A DNA stretch of 64,000 nt from Nitrospira sp. (GCA_047150005.1 AP038806.1:352001-416000); one strand, 5' to 3'; shown: positions 30,145-39,773, counted from the first letter of the stretch. Notes: generated by a model not told the origin, from the letters alone. Made by a program: numbers and translations.

Positions 30145-31053
30145 TCACTTCATTCTGACGAAGCGTCCAAAACTCACCCTGGCATCAATGAGTTCCCGAA
30201 TCCACACCTCCGGCGGCGAAGTCAGCCGGTGAAACCTGTACTTGAGTTCAGCCGTGATGATCTGTCTCCAGAGCCATCTGGGTTTCCCGAGAATGGTAGG
30301 ACCCTCCCACGCCGGCTCTTTCATAGCAAGGTACTGACCGTAGCCCAGGTAGTAGTCCCTGAGATAGCGTGTGGTCATGCGTTCAGGTGGAACATAGTGA
30401 CGGACGCCTGCGCCCGGCACCCACCACCCGGCATTCCCTTCCGTAAGGAGTTTGTTCACAAGGTCTATCTCTTCCCCCCGGATGCTGCTCCCCGGTCGAA
30501 GCCCCAATCGCGCGTCATACAGATTGCGCTGTTGCTCATTGGTTCGTACCACGAAGTTGGCGCCGTACGGCGTACGCTTGCGTCCGTCAAACTGGACCGG
30601 CTCCGGACCGAGATCCCGGATGGCGTACGCGTCGGCTACACGCGGCCATACCTGCTCAAGCCAAGTCGGAGGGGTCTCAACGAACCAGGGGGTTATCGGG
30701 CCTCCGAACACCGCCGCTTCAGGCCATCGTTGAAACGCCTTCGTATAATTAGCGATCCACTTTTCGTCCACCAGCACATCATCGTCCGTCCATAGAATAT
30801 ACTGGCCTTTCGCTTCGCGCACAGCGGCATTTCTTGCGTTGGACTGACCTGGTTTCGCTTCAAATAACAGGCGGACCGGCAGTCTTGAGACAAACGAGTC
30901 GACCACATGATCGGTGTCGTCCGTACAATTGTTATTGACGACCAATAGTTCCCACTCGACCCCCCCAGGGATGTCCAACTTGGTCATCTGCTCCAGACAT
31001 TGTCGAAGCAACCTGCTCCGATTCCAGGTACACACAGCAACGGTCAGCAGCAT
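30145..31053 (-). CDS. GT2 family glycosyltransferase
   Basis: VAVCTWNR, NNCTDDT, ARN, TDDD, GEE. Confidence 0.9.
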   Translation of the reverse strand: MLLTVAVCTWNRSRLLRQCLEQMTKLDIPGGVEWELLVVNNNCTDDTDHVVDSFVSRLPVRLLFEAKPGQSNARNAAVREAKGQYILWTDDDVLVDEKWIANYTKAFQRWPEAAVFGGPITPWFVETPPTWLEQVWPRVADAYAIRDLGPEPVQFDGRKRTPYGANFVVRTNEQQRNLYDARLGLRPGSSIRGEEIDLVNKLLTEGNAGWWVPGAGVRHYVPPERMTTRYLRDYYLGYGQYLAMKEPAWEGPTILGKPRWLWRQIITAELKYRFHRLTSPPEVWIRELIDARVSFGRFVRMK

Positions 31054-31180
31054 GCCGGGGCTCCTACCATTCAGATGAGTTTGCGTTCAAAGGCAGCAAC
31101 TAAGAAAAATATTCTATAGCAAATGATCGTGCAGTCAACTGATGGAATAGACACGCCCCGCCCGTCACAAGCACAAACAG

Positions 31181-32410
31181 CTATCTCAGGGTTCCACGGA
31201 AAGTGCCGACGATACGGTCGACGGCTTTCTCCCAGGAATACCACTCGGAGGCGAGCGCGAGAGCGCCCTGGTGGAGACGGTCTTTCAGGTCCGGGGTATC
31301 CATAATCGCCAAAATTGCGGCAGCCATCGACTCCGGAGACTTGGGAGGACAGAGAAAGACGTTCTCTCGATCAATAAACGGATCTTCAACCATCGAACCT
31401 TTCGTCGCAATGATGGGGAGCCCGTGGGCCGCGGCAGCAGCAAAGGAGCTATTGTTCAAAAAGATGCCGTGGTCGGAGGCAAACACACAGGTGTCGGCGG
31501 CTCGAAGAAAGAGAGACGCTTCGTCGCTGTCGGTCGCATATTCCCCTATCCAGATAATTTTTTGCTGAATGCCCAATTGCTCGGGCAATTCACGCAGTTC
31601 CCGAGCGTAGAACGGACGTTCGGGATATTCACGGTCTAGTATTCCGCCGATCACGATCAGCCGCGTGTTGCTTCGTTGGTTGCTGACGAGTTGGAAAGCT
31701 TTGAAGAGAGTTTCCACTCCCTTTGATGGATAGATGTAGCCGAAATAGGCCACCAAGAAATCATCCGATGCGATGCCGAGCTTTTCACGGTACCGATGTC
31801 TGGAGATCCCGCCATCCTCCGGGGACATCCGGAGCAAGGGTGGAGGAGGAACTAGGACGCTTTTTGCCTGCACGTCCGGCCCGTGAAGCATCAATCTGAT
31901 GCGGTGATGGTTGCTTAACACGATCACGGCATCACTGTCTCGCAGCAGAGATCCGAACTCGTAATCGACATCTCTTGGGCCTGCCCATTGTTGAACGGCT
32001 TTGCGAAGCCCCCGGGTGAGCATCGACCACTTGCCCGGGGTCCAGCCATGCGGATACTCGAAGAGGGTCACGAATCGCACACGTGGGAGCAACGCCCGGC
32101 AGATGGTCGGCGCGAACGTCATCATGGGATGCTCGTTGTAGATCCATCCGATATAGATCAAAAACACGACGTCCGGGGAACAACGCTTCATGAAGGTGAT
32201 CAAGCGCGGCAGGTCCGACCATGACCAATCGGTCATCACAGGGTACGCGGTGAACGGCTCATTGACCGGTTCCTCATGGCCCTTTGTCGTCAACACGTGC
32301 ACATCCAATCCCTTCTGTCCCAGCTGCCGGGAAAGATTCAGCGCATGGTCCGCTTCGCCGGCTCGCATCGGCGGAAAGGCAGCGGTTATCAGAAGGACTT
32401 TCATTCGCAC
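31181..32410 (-). CDS. GT4 family glycosyltransferase
   Basis: FPPMRAGEAD, YFGYIYPSKG, AAAAHGLPIIAT. Confidence 0.85.
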   Translation of the reverse strand: MRMKVLLITAAFPPMRAGEADHALNLSRQLGQKGLDVHVLTTKGHEEPVNEPFTAYPVMTDWSWSDLPRLITFMKRCSPDVVFLIYIGWIYNEHPMMTFAPTICRALLPRVRFVTLFEYPHGWTPGKWSMLTRGLRKAVQQWAGPRDVDYEFGSLLRDSDAVIVLSNHHRIRLMLHGPDVQAKSVLVPPPPLLRMSPEDGGISRHRYREKLGIASDDFLVAYFGYIYPSKGVETLFKAFQLVSNQRSNTRLIVIGGILDREYPERPFYARELRELPEQLGIQQKIIWIGEYATDSDEASLFLRAADTCVFASDHGIFLNNSSFAAAAAHGLPIIATKGSMVEDPFIDRENVFLCPPKSPESMAAAILAIMDTPDLKDRLHQGALALASEWYSWEKAVDRIVGTFRGTLR

Positions 32411-33892
32411 CTACTTCGCCATCAGCATGATGAGACCGGCAGCCGCTCCGACGACATAACTCATCCTGTCGCGGACTGCGAACACGATGGGATCATGAAA
32501 CATTTGCCCCCGTGAACAGATGAGCCACATGCGACTGATCCAATACAAAATCACGGGGCACAGGAGCCAGAGAAGTGACGGCCTGGAATAGAGTTTCGCC
32601 ACATCGGGGCTGCTGACATAGAGAGCCAGCACCAAGCAGGCCATATACCCGCTTGTCGGTCCCGCCGAGAGCACAAACTGGACGTCGCTGAGGCTATATC
32701 CTCGTCCATAAGCGACATGCCCGCCCGATCGCCCCAACATCAACAGCTCGGAGCCTCGCTTGATAAAAGCCAAGCTGAGAAAGGTGAAGCCGGAAAACGC
32801 CATCAACCATGGAGAGACGGATACTCCTATGGCCACAGAACCGGCGTAGATACGGATTGTATACAGTCCGCCCAAGCTGAGCACATCGACGACGGCCCTT
32901 TTCTTGAGATCGACCGAATAGGCCGTCGTCCCCACAAAGTAGAGAGCCAGGAGCCAGTTGAACATTGCCGGCAAGACCGATGCGACCGCAAAACCGGCAC
33001 CCAAAAACACCGGCGCGATGAGGAGTCCCCACCAGGGCGACAGGTTTCCCGCTGCAAAGGGGCGTTTTTGCTTCGAAGGGTGTTGGCGGTCCGATTCCAT
33101 GTCGAGCAGATCGTTCAGCACATAGGCGCTCGACGCGCAGAAACTGAAGGCCACAAACCCGATGACGGCCATCAGGCTCAACCGCCCTTCAGTAATCCGG
33201 TGCGACGTGATCAACGGGACGAAGAGCAGCACGTTCTTTACCCATTGGTGCGGCCGAATGACTGCCACGATGTACCGAAGCGGGTTGACTCGCGGCTCAA
33301 AAACCTCAGTGACGTGGGCTCGACGCCGAGCGCGTTTCAGGATGCGGTCAGGGGCGCCCACCACGATGGCTTGTCTAGCGTGCTCCCAGATAATCAGATC
33401 CACCCGTTCATTTCCGGCATAGTCAAACCCTCTTTCGCCGAATCGTGCAGTGAGGGCCCGAACCTTCGCTTCACCAGTAAGATTGATCCCTCCTCCCGTC
33501 GCCATGACATCGTCAAAGAGGCGGAGATGGTCCGCCACTCGCCGGGCGATCTCCATATGGGCGCCGGTAATCAAGACCAACTTACGACCGGCGTCATGCT
33601 GCGCTCGAAGATAGTTCAGGAACTCCGTCCGATACGGAAGGCGGGTTACGTCCGGAACGACGCGACGCGCCAGTTCCTGCTTCACGTGGGCTTTACCTCT
33701 CAACATCCAAACGAAGAGCATGATGAGATAAGACGCGTTCGATTTCAGCAGTACGATAATCGATTCGATAAGACTGTCCGTCCTCAGCAGGGTTCCGTCC
33801 ATATCGACGCAGAGGGGACAATCGAGGTCGACCGCGGCCTCACCATCGCCCCGCTCGCCGGCCTGTTGCCTTACTGAATTACGCGTGATCAT
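32411..33892 (-). CDS. HAD-like domain fused to UbiA prenyltransferase (polyprenyl-phosphate phosphoribosyltransferase-like)
   Basis: CVDMDGTL (HAD motif I); RPHQWVKN, NDLLDMESDRQHPSKQKRPFAAG, KRGSEL, HDPIVFAVRD. Confidence 0.92.
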   Translation of the reverse strand: MITRNSVRQQAGERGDGEAAVDLDCPLCVDMDGTLLRTDSLIESIIVLLKSNASYLIMLFVWMLRGKAHVKQELARRVVPDVTRLPYRTEFLNYLRAQHDAGRKLVLITGAHMEIARRVADHLRLFDDVMATGGGINLTGEAKVRALTARFGERGFDYAGNERVDLIIWEHARQAIVVGAPDRILKRARRRAHVTEVFEPRVNPLRYIVAVIRPHQWVKNVLLFVPLITSHRITEGRLSLMAVIGFVAFSFCASSAYVLNDLLDMESDRQHPSKQKRPFAAGNLSPWWGLLIAPVFLGAGFAVASVLPAMFNWLLALYFVGTTAYSVDLKKRAVVDVLSLGGLYTIRIYAGSVAIGVSVSPWLMAFSGFTFLSLAFIKRGSELLMLGRSGGHVAYGRGYSLSDVQFVLSAGPTSGYMACLVLALYVSSPDVAKLYSRPSLLWLLCPVILYWISRMWLICSRGQMFHDPIVFAVRDRMSYVVGAAAGLIMLMAK

Positions 33893-34291
33893 GGTCCAAT
33901 TCGTACAGAGCTACCGTTGTGTACTTTGCGAACAGCTTCAGGGTTGTCGTCACGATACTTGTACTGCACTCCAGATTGTCGAATATGTTTTATCGGCTTC
34001 AGTAACGCGGCTCGGCGTTTCTGCCTCCGTTACGACCACGAGGGCACAAGGAGCAAAGTTGTTCGGGCCTCCATGCAACGAAGCTCTGGCAGATTCATTG
34101 CTGAAGCGAATGTGCCTAATGCATACGTTATCGGTTCTCATCCCATTGAGCAAGATCCATAGAGGATATTCATAGGTATTTCCCCACTCCGTTCACAATC
34201 CGATGTCAGCGCAGCCCTTGTCCCGGACCAGGATCGGCAACCCATTGTACATCGCGAGTCAGGGGATAGAAGCGTATTCGAACGATTCGAG

Positions 34292-34546
34292 TTACGTGGG
34301 ACCGGCCCCTTTTCTTGCATCGATCAGGTCGATCAGGTCTCCGACGTTGTTCATGCTCATGATCTCACGCAGTTTCAATTTAATTCCGAACGCGGTTTCC
34401 ACCGCGCTGATCAGTTGGATGTGGCGCAAAGAATCCCACTTTTCCACATCGTGCGCGGTCATCTCACGAGTAATCGTCAGGTCCTTTTCTTCGAGAACTT
34501 TCTCGAACACGGACTTCAGGATTCCGACAATGTCTTCATGTTTCAT
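34292..34546 (-). CDS. Acyl carrier protein (DltC-like)
   Basis: 84 aa from ATG 34546; WDSLRH phosphopantetheine site. Confidence 0.92.
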   Translation of the reverse strand: MKHEDIVGILKSVFEKVLEEKDLTITREMTAHDVEKWDSLRHIQLISAVETAFGIKLKLREIMSMNNVGDLIDLIDARKGAGPT

Positions 34547-34601
34547 TGATGTCTCACCTTTACATACGGGGAGCACATGCACCGCACGTCCCGACGGGCT
34601 G

Positions 34602-36170
34602 TTAAGCACCGGATCGGACCCCCTCTTGTTGATTCGCCGCCAACTTTTGCAGGTAAGCATTTTTCAAGGCCTTGCGATCGGTTTTACCATTGCTGTTGAG
34701 GGGGAAGAGCCCGACCGTGATGATCTCCTTAGGAAGCATGTATGCCGGAAGATGCTTTTTCAAATGATCCTCCAGGCCCTTTTTCAGCTCCTTTTCGCTC
34801 TCGATGAACAGGAGTATGTAGTGGCTGCCCGTCTCGCCGGTATTCACCGCGGCAACCACCTGCTTGTCTTCGCAGAACACGCGGGTATGAAATTCGATTT
34901 CTTCGAGCTCGACGCGGTGGCCGTCGATTTTTACCTGGTTGTCTATCCGCCCTAGGTAGAGAAAATCGCCTTCCTTGTCGACTTTGCACAGGTCTCCGGT
35001 TCTGTAATATCTCTTGCCGTCCTTCGTGGTCCCGAATGCCTCCGCAGTTTTTGACGGATTGTTCCAATAGCCAAGGGTGACCTGCTCGCCGCTCAGGCAG
35101 AGATCTCCCTCCTCATCCGATGAGTTGTCATTCATTTTGAACGCATCCATTCCTTCCATACCTTTGCCGATGGGAACAATTCCCTTCCCTTGCGGGTGCG
35201 GTGGTTCTCCCCGTAGCCATTCGTACCGCATGCAAAAGATCGTCGCTTCAGTGGGCCCGTATAGATTTTCGATCTTGGCGTTGGGTACGCACTTAGCCCA
35301 CCCGGACAGGGTTTCATGATACAACGCCTCACCGCAGAACAGGCTGTATTTCACCTTCGGAAGGTTCAGCTCTCCAAAATAGGGTTTCAGGTAGTTGATG
35401 ACCGATGGAACCAGCAGAGCGACGGTGATGTCCTTGGTTTCGAGGATGTCGGCCACTTCCAAGTACGCGATGCCCTTCCGGGGAATCGGATAGAAACTCG
35501 CGCCTACCGAGAGGGGGACAAGGAAGGAGAAAATCGAGAGGTCAAAGGTGAGCTCAAACATTTGAATGAAGCGGTCATTCTCGTTGAATTCATACTTCCC
35601 GCTATCCAACATCATGTCGAGAAATGCCGAGAGGTTCCGCTGATAAATAGGAACGCCCTTGGGTTTCCCCGTGGTGCCGGAGGTGAACAGCAAGTAGCAA
35701 GGATCTTCCTGCATCAGATCTATCGGATCCAATCTGCCAAAGTCTGGATTGACCCGGTTGTTCAGCGGCCGACACTCAGTACCGGACGGACCGCAGAGTT
35801 CCCGGACCGTATCTTCTTTGTCGGTGAACAACAGCAGCTTGATGCCGGCATCGGCGATAATTCCCACGTTTCGTTCCACAGGAGTATGAGGATTCAACGG
35901 AACGTAACAGGCCCCGCAGGATAGGATTCCGAGCAGGGAGGCGTATGTAAACACATTGTCCTCCATAAGCACACCTACACGATCTCCCCTTCTGATGCCA
36001 TGGGAGCTTATAAGTGTACTGATGGACAAGGAGAAGCCCGTTAATTCGCGGTAGGTGTATGATCGATCCCCGACACAGACGGCCGGATCGTCCGGAAAGC
36101 GAGCTGAACATTCGACAAACCTGGAAAGAATCGACGTTCCCTTCCCAGATGTCCTTTTCTCATCAGCCAT
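34602..36170 (-). CDS. Stand-alone amino acid adenylation enzyme (DltA-like)
   Basis: YLLFTSGTTGKPKG, FDLS, LFCGEAL, NLYGPTEAT, YRTGD, GRIDNQVKIDGHRVEL, LPAYMLP, NGKTDR. Confidence 0.92.
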   Translation of the reverse strand: MADEKRTSGKGTSILSRFVECSARFPDDPAVCVGDRSYTYRELTGFSLSISTLISSHGIRRGDRVGVLMEDNVFTYASLLGILSCGACYVPLNPHTPVERNVGIIADAGIKLLLFTDKEDTVRELCGPSGTECRPLNNRVNPDFGRLDPIDLMQEDPCYLLFTSGTTGKPKGVPIYQRNLSAFLDMMLDSGKYEFNENDRFIQMFELTFDLSIFSFLVPLSVGASFYPIPRKGIAYLEVADILETKDITVALLVPSVINYLKPYFGELNLPKVKYSLFCGEALYHETLSGWAKCVPNAKIENLYGPTEATIFCMRYEWLRGEPPHPQGKGIVPIGKGMEGMDAFKMNDNSSDEEGDLCLSGEQVTLGYWNNPSKTAEAFGTTKDGKRYYRTGDLCKVDKEGDFLYLGRIDNQVKIDGHRVELEEIEFHTRVFCEDKQVVAAVNTGETGSHYILLFIESEKELKKGLEDHLKKHLPAYMLPKEIITVGLFPLNSNGKTDRKALKNAYLQKLAANQQEGVRSGA

Positions 36171-36243
36171 TATTCGCTCCTTTCCTGCTTCGCAGGGAAT
36201 GCAACGGCCTTCTCCGTTGTAGAGAATAAGTCCCAGCCGGATG

Positions 36244-37776
36244 CTAAAACAAGGTATACATGAATGGCGTGACGGCGATCACCGCTTCCCTCGTATACAT
36301 GACCAATCCGACCAACAACGCCAGCACTGAGAGTGCCGGCGCAAACCACCACCACAGTCTCCCCGCGAAGAAATCGAACAGGGCGCCGATGATCAAGGTA
36401 ACATCGGCCGCCGGCACCGGACCGGTCCCGGTCATCGGTGTTCGTGGTTCGCTGATGGCCTCCCTGTAGCGCGTTCTCCAGGATCGCAACAAGGAGTGTC
36501 CGCCCGTGACGGCAAAATAGCCGATCGCGCTGGCGAACGTGAGCACGTAAAAGCTGTGCGGCATGGCCAAATGCCCGTAGGCCGCAGGCGTCATCGCGGT
36601 CCCCAACATCGTCCAAGCCTGGGTCAAATCATTGGCACGGAAAAAGATAAACCCCACCGCAAGCAGCAGAAAAGTCACTCCCCACGAAAGAACCACTCCC
36701 ACCTCGCGCGGCGGACGGAGAGTGAATTTCCGCTTCACCTGCTGGCCCACACGGTGCATAACCAACACCAGACCGTGGTACATACCGTACACAACGTAGG
36801 TCCATTTGGCTCCATGCCACAGCCCGAAGAGCGTCATAGAGATAATAAGCCCCACATAGGGCCACCAACTGTATTGTCGCCCGGCGACAGCAAGCGGGTT
36901 GTACACATAGTCGCGAATCCAGAAGGAAAGCGACATGTGCCAGCGTGTCCAGAACATAGATGGAGTGATTGAAAGGAAGGGGCGATCAAAGTTTTCCGGG
37001 AGGCGGATGCCGAAGATGCGCGCGGTTCCAATGACCATATGCGAATAGCCCGCGAAGTCAAAAAATAGAAGGAACCCAAACCCGATACCCAAGAGCCACA
37101 CATCGACAGCCCCCCACCCACCTCTCATCTGATCGAACCCAGCGGCAACACCTTCACCGGGCACCCATCCTGCTGCCAGGATGTGGGCAAGCACATACTT
37201 CATCATGACGCCTTGGATAATCCGAAGACTTCCCACGGACAGATCGTCCCAGTTCAGGTGAGACAATTGGCGAAATTGCGGCAACATGCGTGGGAGGCGG
37301 CAAACAGGACCGGACATCACCGTCGGCCAGAACGCCATAAAAAGACAAAACTCGAGCGGAGAAGGGTCCAGTTCCTCTTCATAATAGATATCGAACAGGT
37401 ATGACAGTCCTTGGAATGTCCAAAAGGACATTCCAAGCGGCATGAGGATTTGCCGCCCAAGATCATATTCCCATGAACCAGCTGGGCCAAGCTCCAGCAA
37501 CGCAGGCAAGTATTTGCAAAACGCCAGGGGCAGAAGGTTAAGCGCGACGCCGAGCCACAAACGTGGCGCCGTCGCTTTTCGGCGCAGGGCTTGGCCGCAG
37601 ACGTAATTCATGAGCGAGCTGGCGATCAAGATACACAGAAAGCCGATTCCCCAACTGGCATAGAAGAGATAACTGGCGGCCAGAAACAGCAGCTGCCGTC
37701 CCCTGACAGAGGGCAGGCGCCACCCCACCAGCATGAGGAGAAGAACGACAGACAGATAGCCTACAGTCTGGATCAT
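36244..37776 (-). CDS. MBOAT acyltransferase (DltB/AlgI-like) with C-terminal SxtK/DUF5989-like extension
   Basis: PLGMSFWTFQ, DFAGYS, FWTRWHMSLS, GLWHGA; Pro/Gly/Thr linker then ...WWWFAPALSVLALLVGL...AVTPFMYTLF. Confidence 0.92.
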   Translation of the reverse strand: MIQTVGYLSVVLLLMLVGWRLPSVRGRQLLFLAASYLFYASWGIGFLCILIASSLMNYVCGQALRRKATAPRLWLGVALNLLPLAFCKYLPALLELGPAGSWEYDLGRQILMPLGMSFWTFQGLSYLFDIYYEEELDPSPLEFCLFMAFWPTVMSGPVCRLPRMLPQFRQLSHLNWDDLSVGSLRIIQGVMMKYVLAHILAAGWVPGEGVAAGFDQMRGGWGAVDVWLLGIGFGFLLFFDFAGYSHMVIGTARIFGIRLPENFDRPFLSITPSMFWTRWHMSLSFWIRDYVYNPLAVAGRQYSWWPYVGLIISMTLFGLWHGAKWTYVVYGMYHGLVLVMHRVGQQVKRKFTLRPPREVGVVLSWGVTFLLLAVGFIFFRANDLTQAWTMLGTAMTPAAYGHLAMPHSFYVLTFASAIGYFAVTGGHSLLRSWRTRYREAISEPRTPMTGTGPVPAADVTLIIGALFDFFAGRLWWWFAPALSVLALLVGLVMYTREAVIAVTPFMYTLF

Positions 37777-38963
37777 CGAAGTCCCTCTGACCCGGCAATA
37801 GCTCTCAACATCTTCTCGGCAATCAATTGGTTCCCAACTGGCGTGACATGGCTGTCGTCAATCCAGATAAGTGAATCGTAGGCATCAAAGATAGGAACCA
37901 TCGAGTAGAGGTTCGGATATTTGGGCGATTCCCTTTCGATTGCTTGATAAACAGTTGTAACAAGCTTGTGCAGCGCCGCCTCGCTTTCCGTCCTGCGTTT
38001 CATTTCTTGTTCTTCGGATGTGAGAGGTTTGTTGCCCATCGAGACTTGTGGCGGCAAGAAAATGAAATACTTGAAACCGTATTCTTGGGCAAGCGCACCC
38101 ACAATCTTGTAGTTTCCAAAATATTCCTTCACGACCAAATCACTCAAAGTGCCGGCGTCAATTCCCATGCTTTCATACGTGATTAGCTTGTGGGGAGCCG
38201 GTTGTCCCTGATTCGAATCGGCAATGGTCAGTTTCCCCATGAGTAGGTCTATCAGCTTGTATGAGTAGCTGCCTCTCAACCGATCTAGAAAGGTGTCCGG
38301 CTCTCGATGCCCTCCGAACCGAGCAGCCATTTGATCGAGGTTCTGAAGAATGCCGACTCGACCTGATTGGTATGCGGTATATATGTCATCCCCAATGGTG
38401 TAAAACACCGCCACATCCGGCACATTGCCGGACCGCAGCTGCATCAGAAGCATGATAATGTCTTGCATCGACACATAGGCCGATTCCGCAAAATTGGTCA
38501 CACAGACCGGCCCCTGTCTCATTTTCTCAAGCCCCTTCTGCAGATGCGCGGGGATTGTGCCCCAGCTCGGCGATCCCGTCCCCCACATTTCGGATGCGCC
38601 AAAGGTAAACACTTTGTACGAACCAGGCCTGCAATCCGCGCCAGGCGTCAACCTGACGCCCTCCTGATTGATTTCGATGGTCTGGCCTTTGAAGGGCGCT
38701 CTCCTCCAACCCACAAAGGAATAAAACTGTTGATTGCGGCTCAGCCGAAACTCGTGCCAAAACCGTTCACCCCAATCTTGAGTGGCATAGTATGAGACCT
38801 GTTCCCTCGGAGTCCCCTCCCCTGTCAGTTGCTCAGTCGGGCTCGTGGTCCCGGTCGGTATCTTCATCGTGAAAAATCCGAGAGCCGCCAATTCGAAACC
38901 GGCGAACGCAATAATGGCGTTCAGCACGAGGATGGCGACCCCTCGATATATGCACCTACTCAT
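37773..38963 (-). CDS. SGNH/GDSL-like membrane-anchored protein (DltD-analog)
   Basis: N-terminal TM helix, FGASEMWG (block I Ser), DDSHVTPVGN (DxxH); overlaps the MBOAT start. Confidence 0.82.
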   Translation of the reverse strand: MSRCIYRGVAILVLNAIIAFAGFELAALGFFTMKIPTGTTSPTEQLTGEGTPREQVSYYATQDWGERFWHEFRLSRNQQFYSFVGWRRAPFKGQTIEINQEGVRLTPGADCRPGSYKVFTFGASEMWGTGSPSWGTIPAHLQKGLEKMRQGPVCVTNFAESAYVSMQDIIMLLMQLRSGNVPDVAVFYTIGDDIYTAYQSGRVGILQNLDQMAARFGGHREPDTFLDRLRGSYSYKLIDLLMGKLTIADSNQGQPAPHKLITYESMGIDAGTLSDLVVKEYFGNYKIVGALAQEYGFKYFIFLPPQVSMGNKPLTSEEQEMKRRTESEAALHKLVTTVYQAIERESPKYPNLYSMVPIFDAYDSLIWIDDSHVTPVGNQLIAEKMLRAIAGSEGLR

Positions 38964-38999
38964 AAGGCTCACCTGCGCTCCATTTTCGTTGTGGACCGG

Positions 39000-39317
39000 T
39001 AGAACCTACATCATGCCGGATATCAGCACGGCATCCATGACAGCTGTGGCTCCATGAAGCGAATCTTGACGTCGTGAAGAAGAATCTGGAAGGCCGTGGA
39101 GGGGACCGGGGCGTGATCGTATTGATGCCATCCTGATTGAGGTCGTCATCGAGCTATCACTGTGGTAAGCGCGATCATCCATGAGGTGCTCGGGCTTGGC
39201 TTCCAGCATGTAGCAGTTGAAACTGAGGAGGACCCACCTAACCTCATGATGATGGGCCGCATGCGAACGCATTATAGCGGGTTTTGGCATCGACTCAACT
39301 GTCTTTAGATAGGTTCT
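39000..39317 (-). mobile_element. Internally deleted, degenerate relative of the IS5 element at 16494 (MITE-like)
   Basis: Ends TAGAACCTA (39000) and AGATAGGTTCT (39307-39317). Encodes HAAHHHEV...YMLEAKPEHLMDDRAYHSD, matching HAANHHEV...YMLEAKPEHLIGDRAYDSD of the intact transposase. Confidence 0.88.
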
Positions 39318-39322
39318 CTACC

Positions 39323-39730
39323 CTAATGGAGAGCTGATGGTCGCACAGCCCTGTCAGTGGCTTCACAACCGATACCATCCTGCTCAAGGCGCTCGACCAC
39401 CGCACGAGCCATAGCCTCGTATCCGGCTTGTGACGGATGGCCGCCGGCATCCTTCCCGAACGGATTGACGTCGGAGGCGATCAGCGCCTCGTGTCCTTCT
39501 GCATCCCAGAGATTGGCCAGATAGGGCTACCGCCCCAGGGATGCTTCCGCTCGCCTCCGAAATGCGGTCCATTTGGTCGGCGCACAGCCCTGGGCCATCA
39601 GTCGAAAGGCCTGCAAGGCAATGCGTTTTCCTTCCACCATCCGAGGGTCGGTATCGTCAAGGAACAACGTTCGATACTCAGGGTTGAAGTGGGTCGTCCG
39701 TTTTTGATCGCGGTATCTGGGACAGAGTCC
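39323..39730 (-). pseudogene. Fragment of an SGNH/AlgX-like protein
   Basis: Hand translation in two frames: THFNPEYRTLFLDDTDPRMVEGKRIAL...PTK...* and ...DAGGHPSQAGYEAMARAVVERL (SGNH block V-like helix); no start, frame broken. Confidence 0.55.
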
Positions 39731-39773
39731 TGCACTTGACCAGAACGACGGTCAGACTCTTGATCTCGCGTTA

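Noticed and set aside
32717..33877. 386-aa plus-strand ORF
   Set aside because: Entirely antisense to the well-supported HAD-UbiA gene, with no recognisable motifs; shadow ORF.
34203..35924. 250-aa and 202-aa plus-strand ORFs
   Set aside because: Antisense shadows of the ACP and adenylation genes.
34292..36170. NRPS secondary-metabolite cluster
   Set aside because: No condensation or thioesterase domain; MBOAT/SGNH neighbours fit a Dlt-like role.
39527..39534. Additional GGCGGTAG cores (here and at 50519-50526)
   Set aside because: Both lack the TG at positions 11-12 and lie in coding or pseudogene sequence; an 8-mer can occur by chance in 64 kb.
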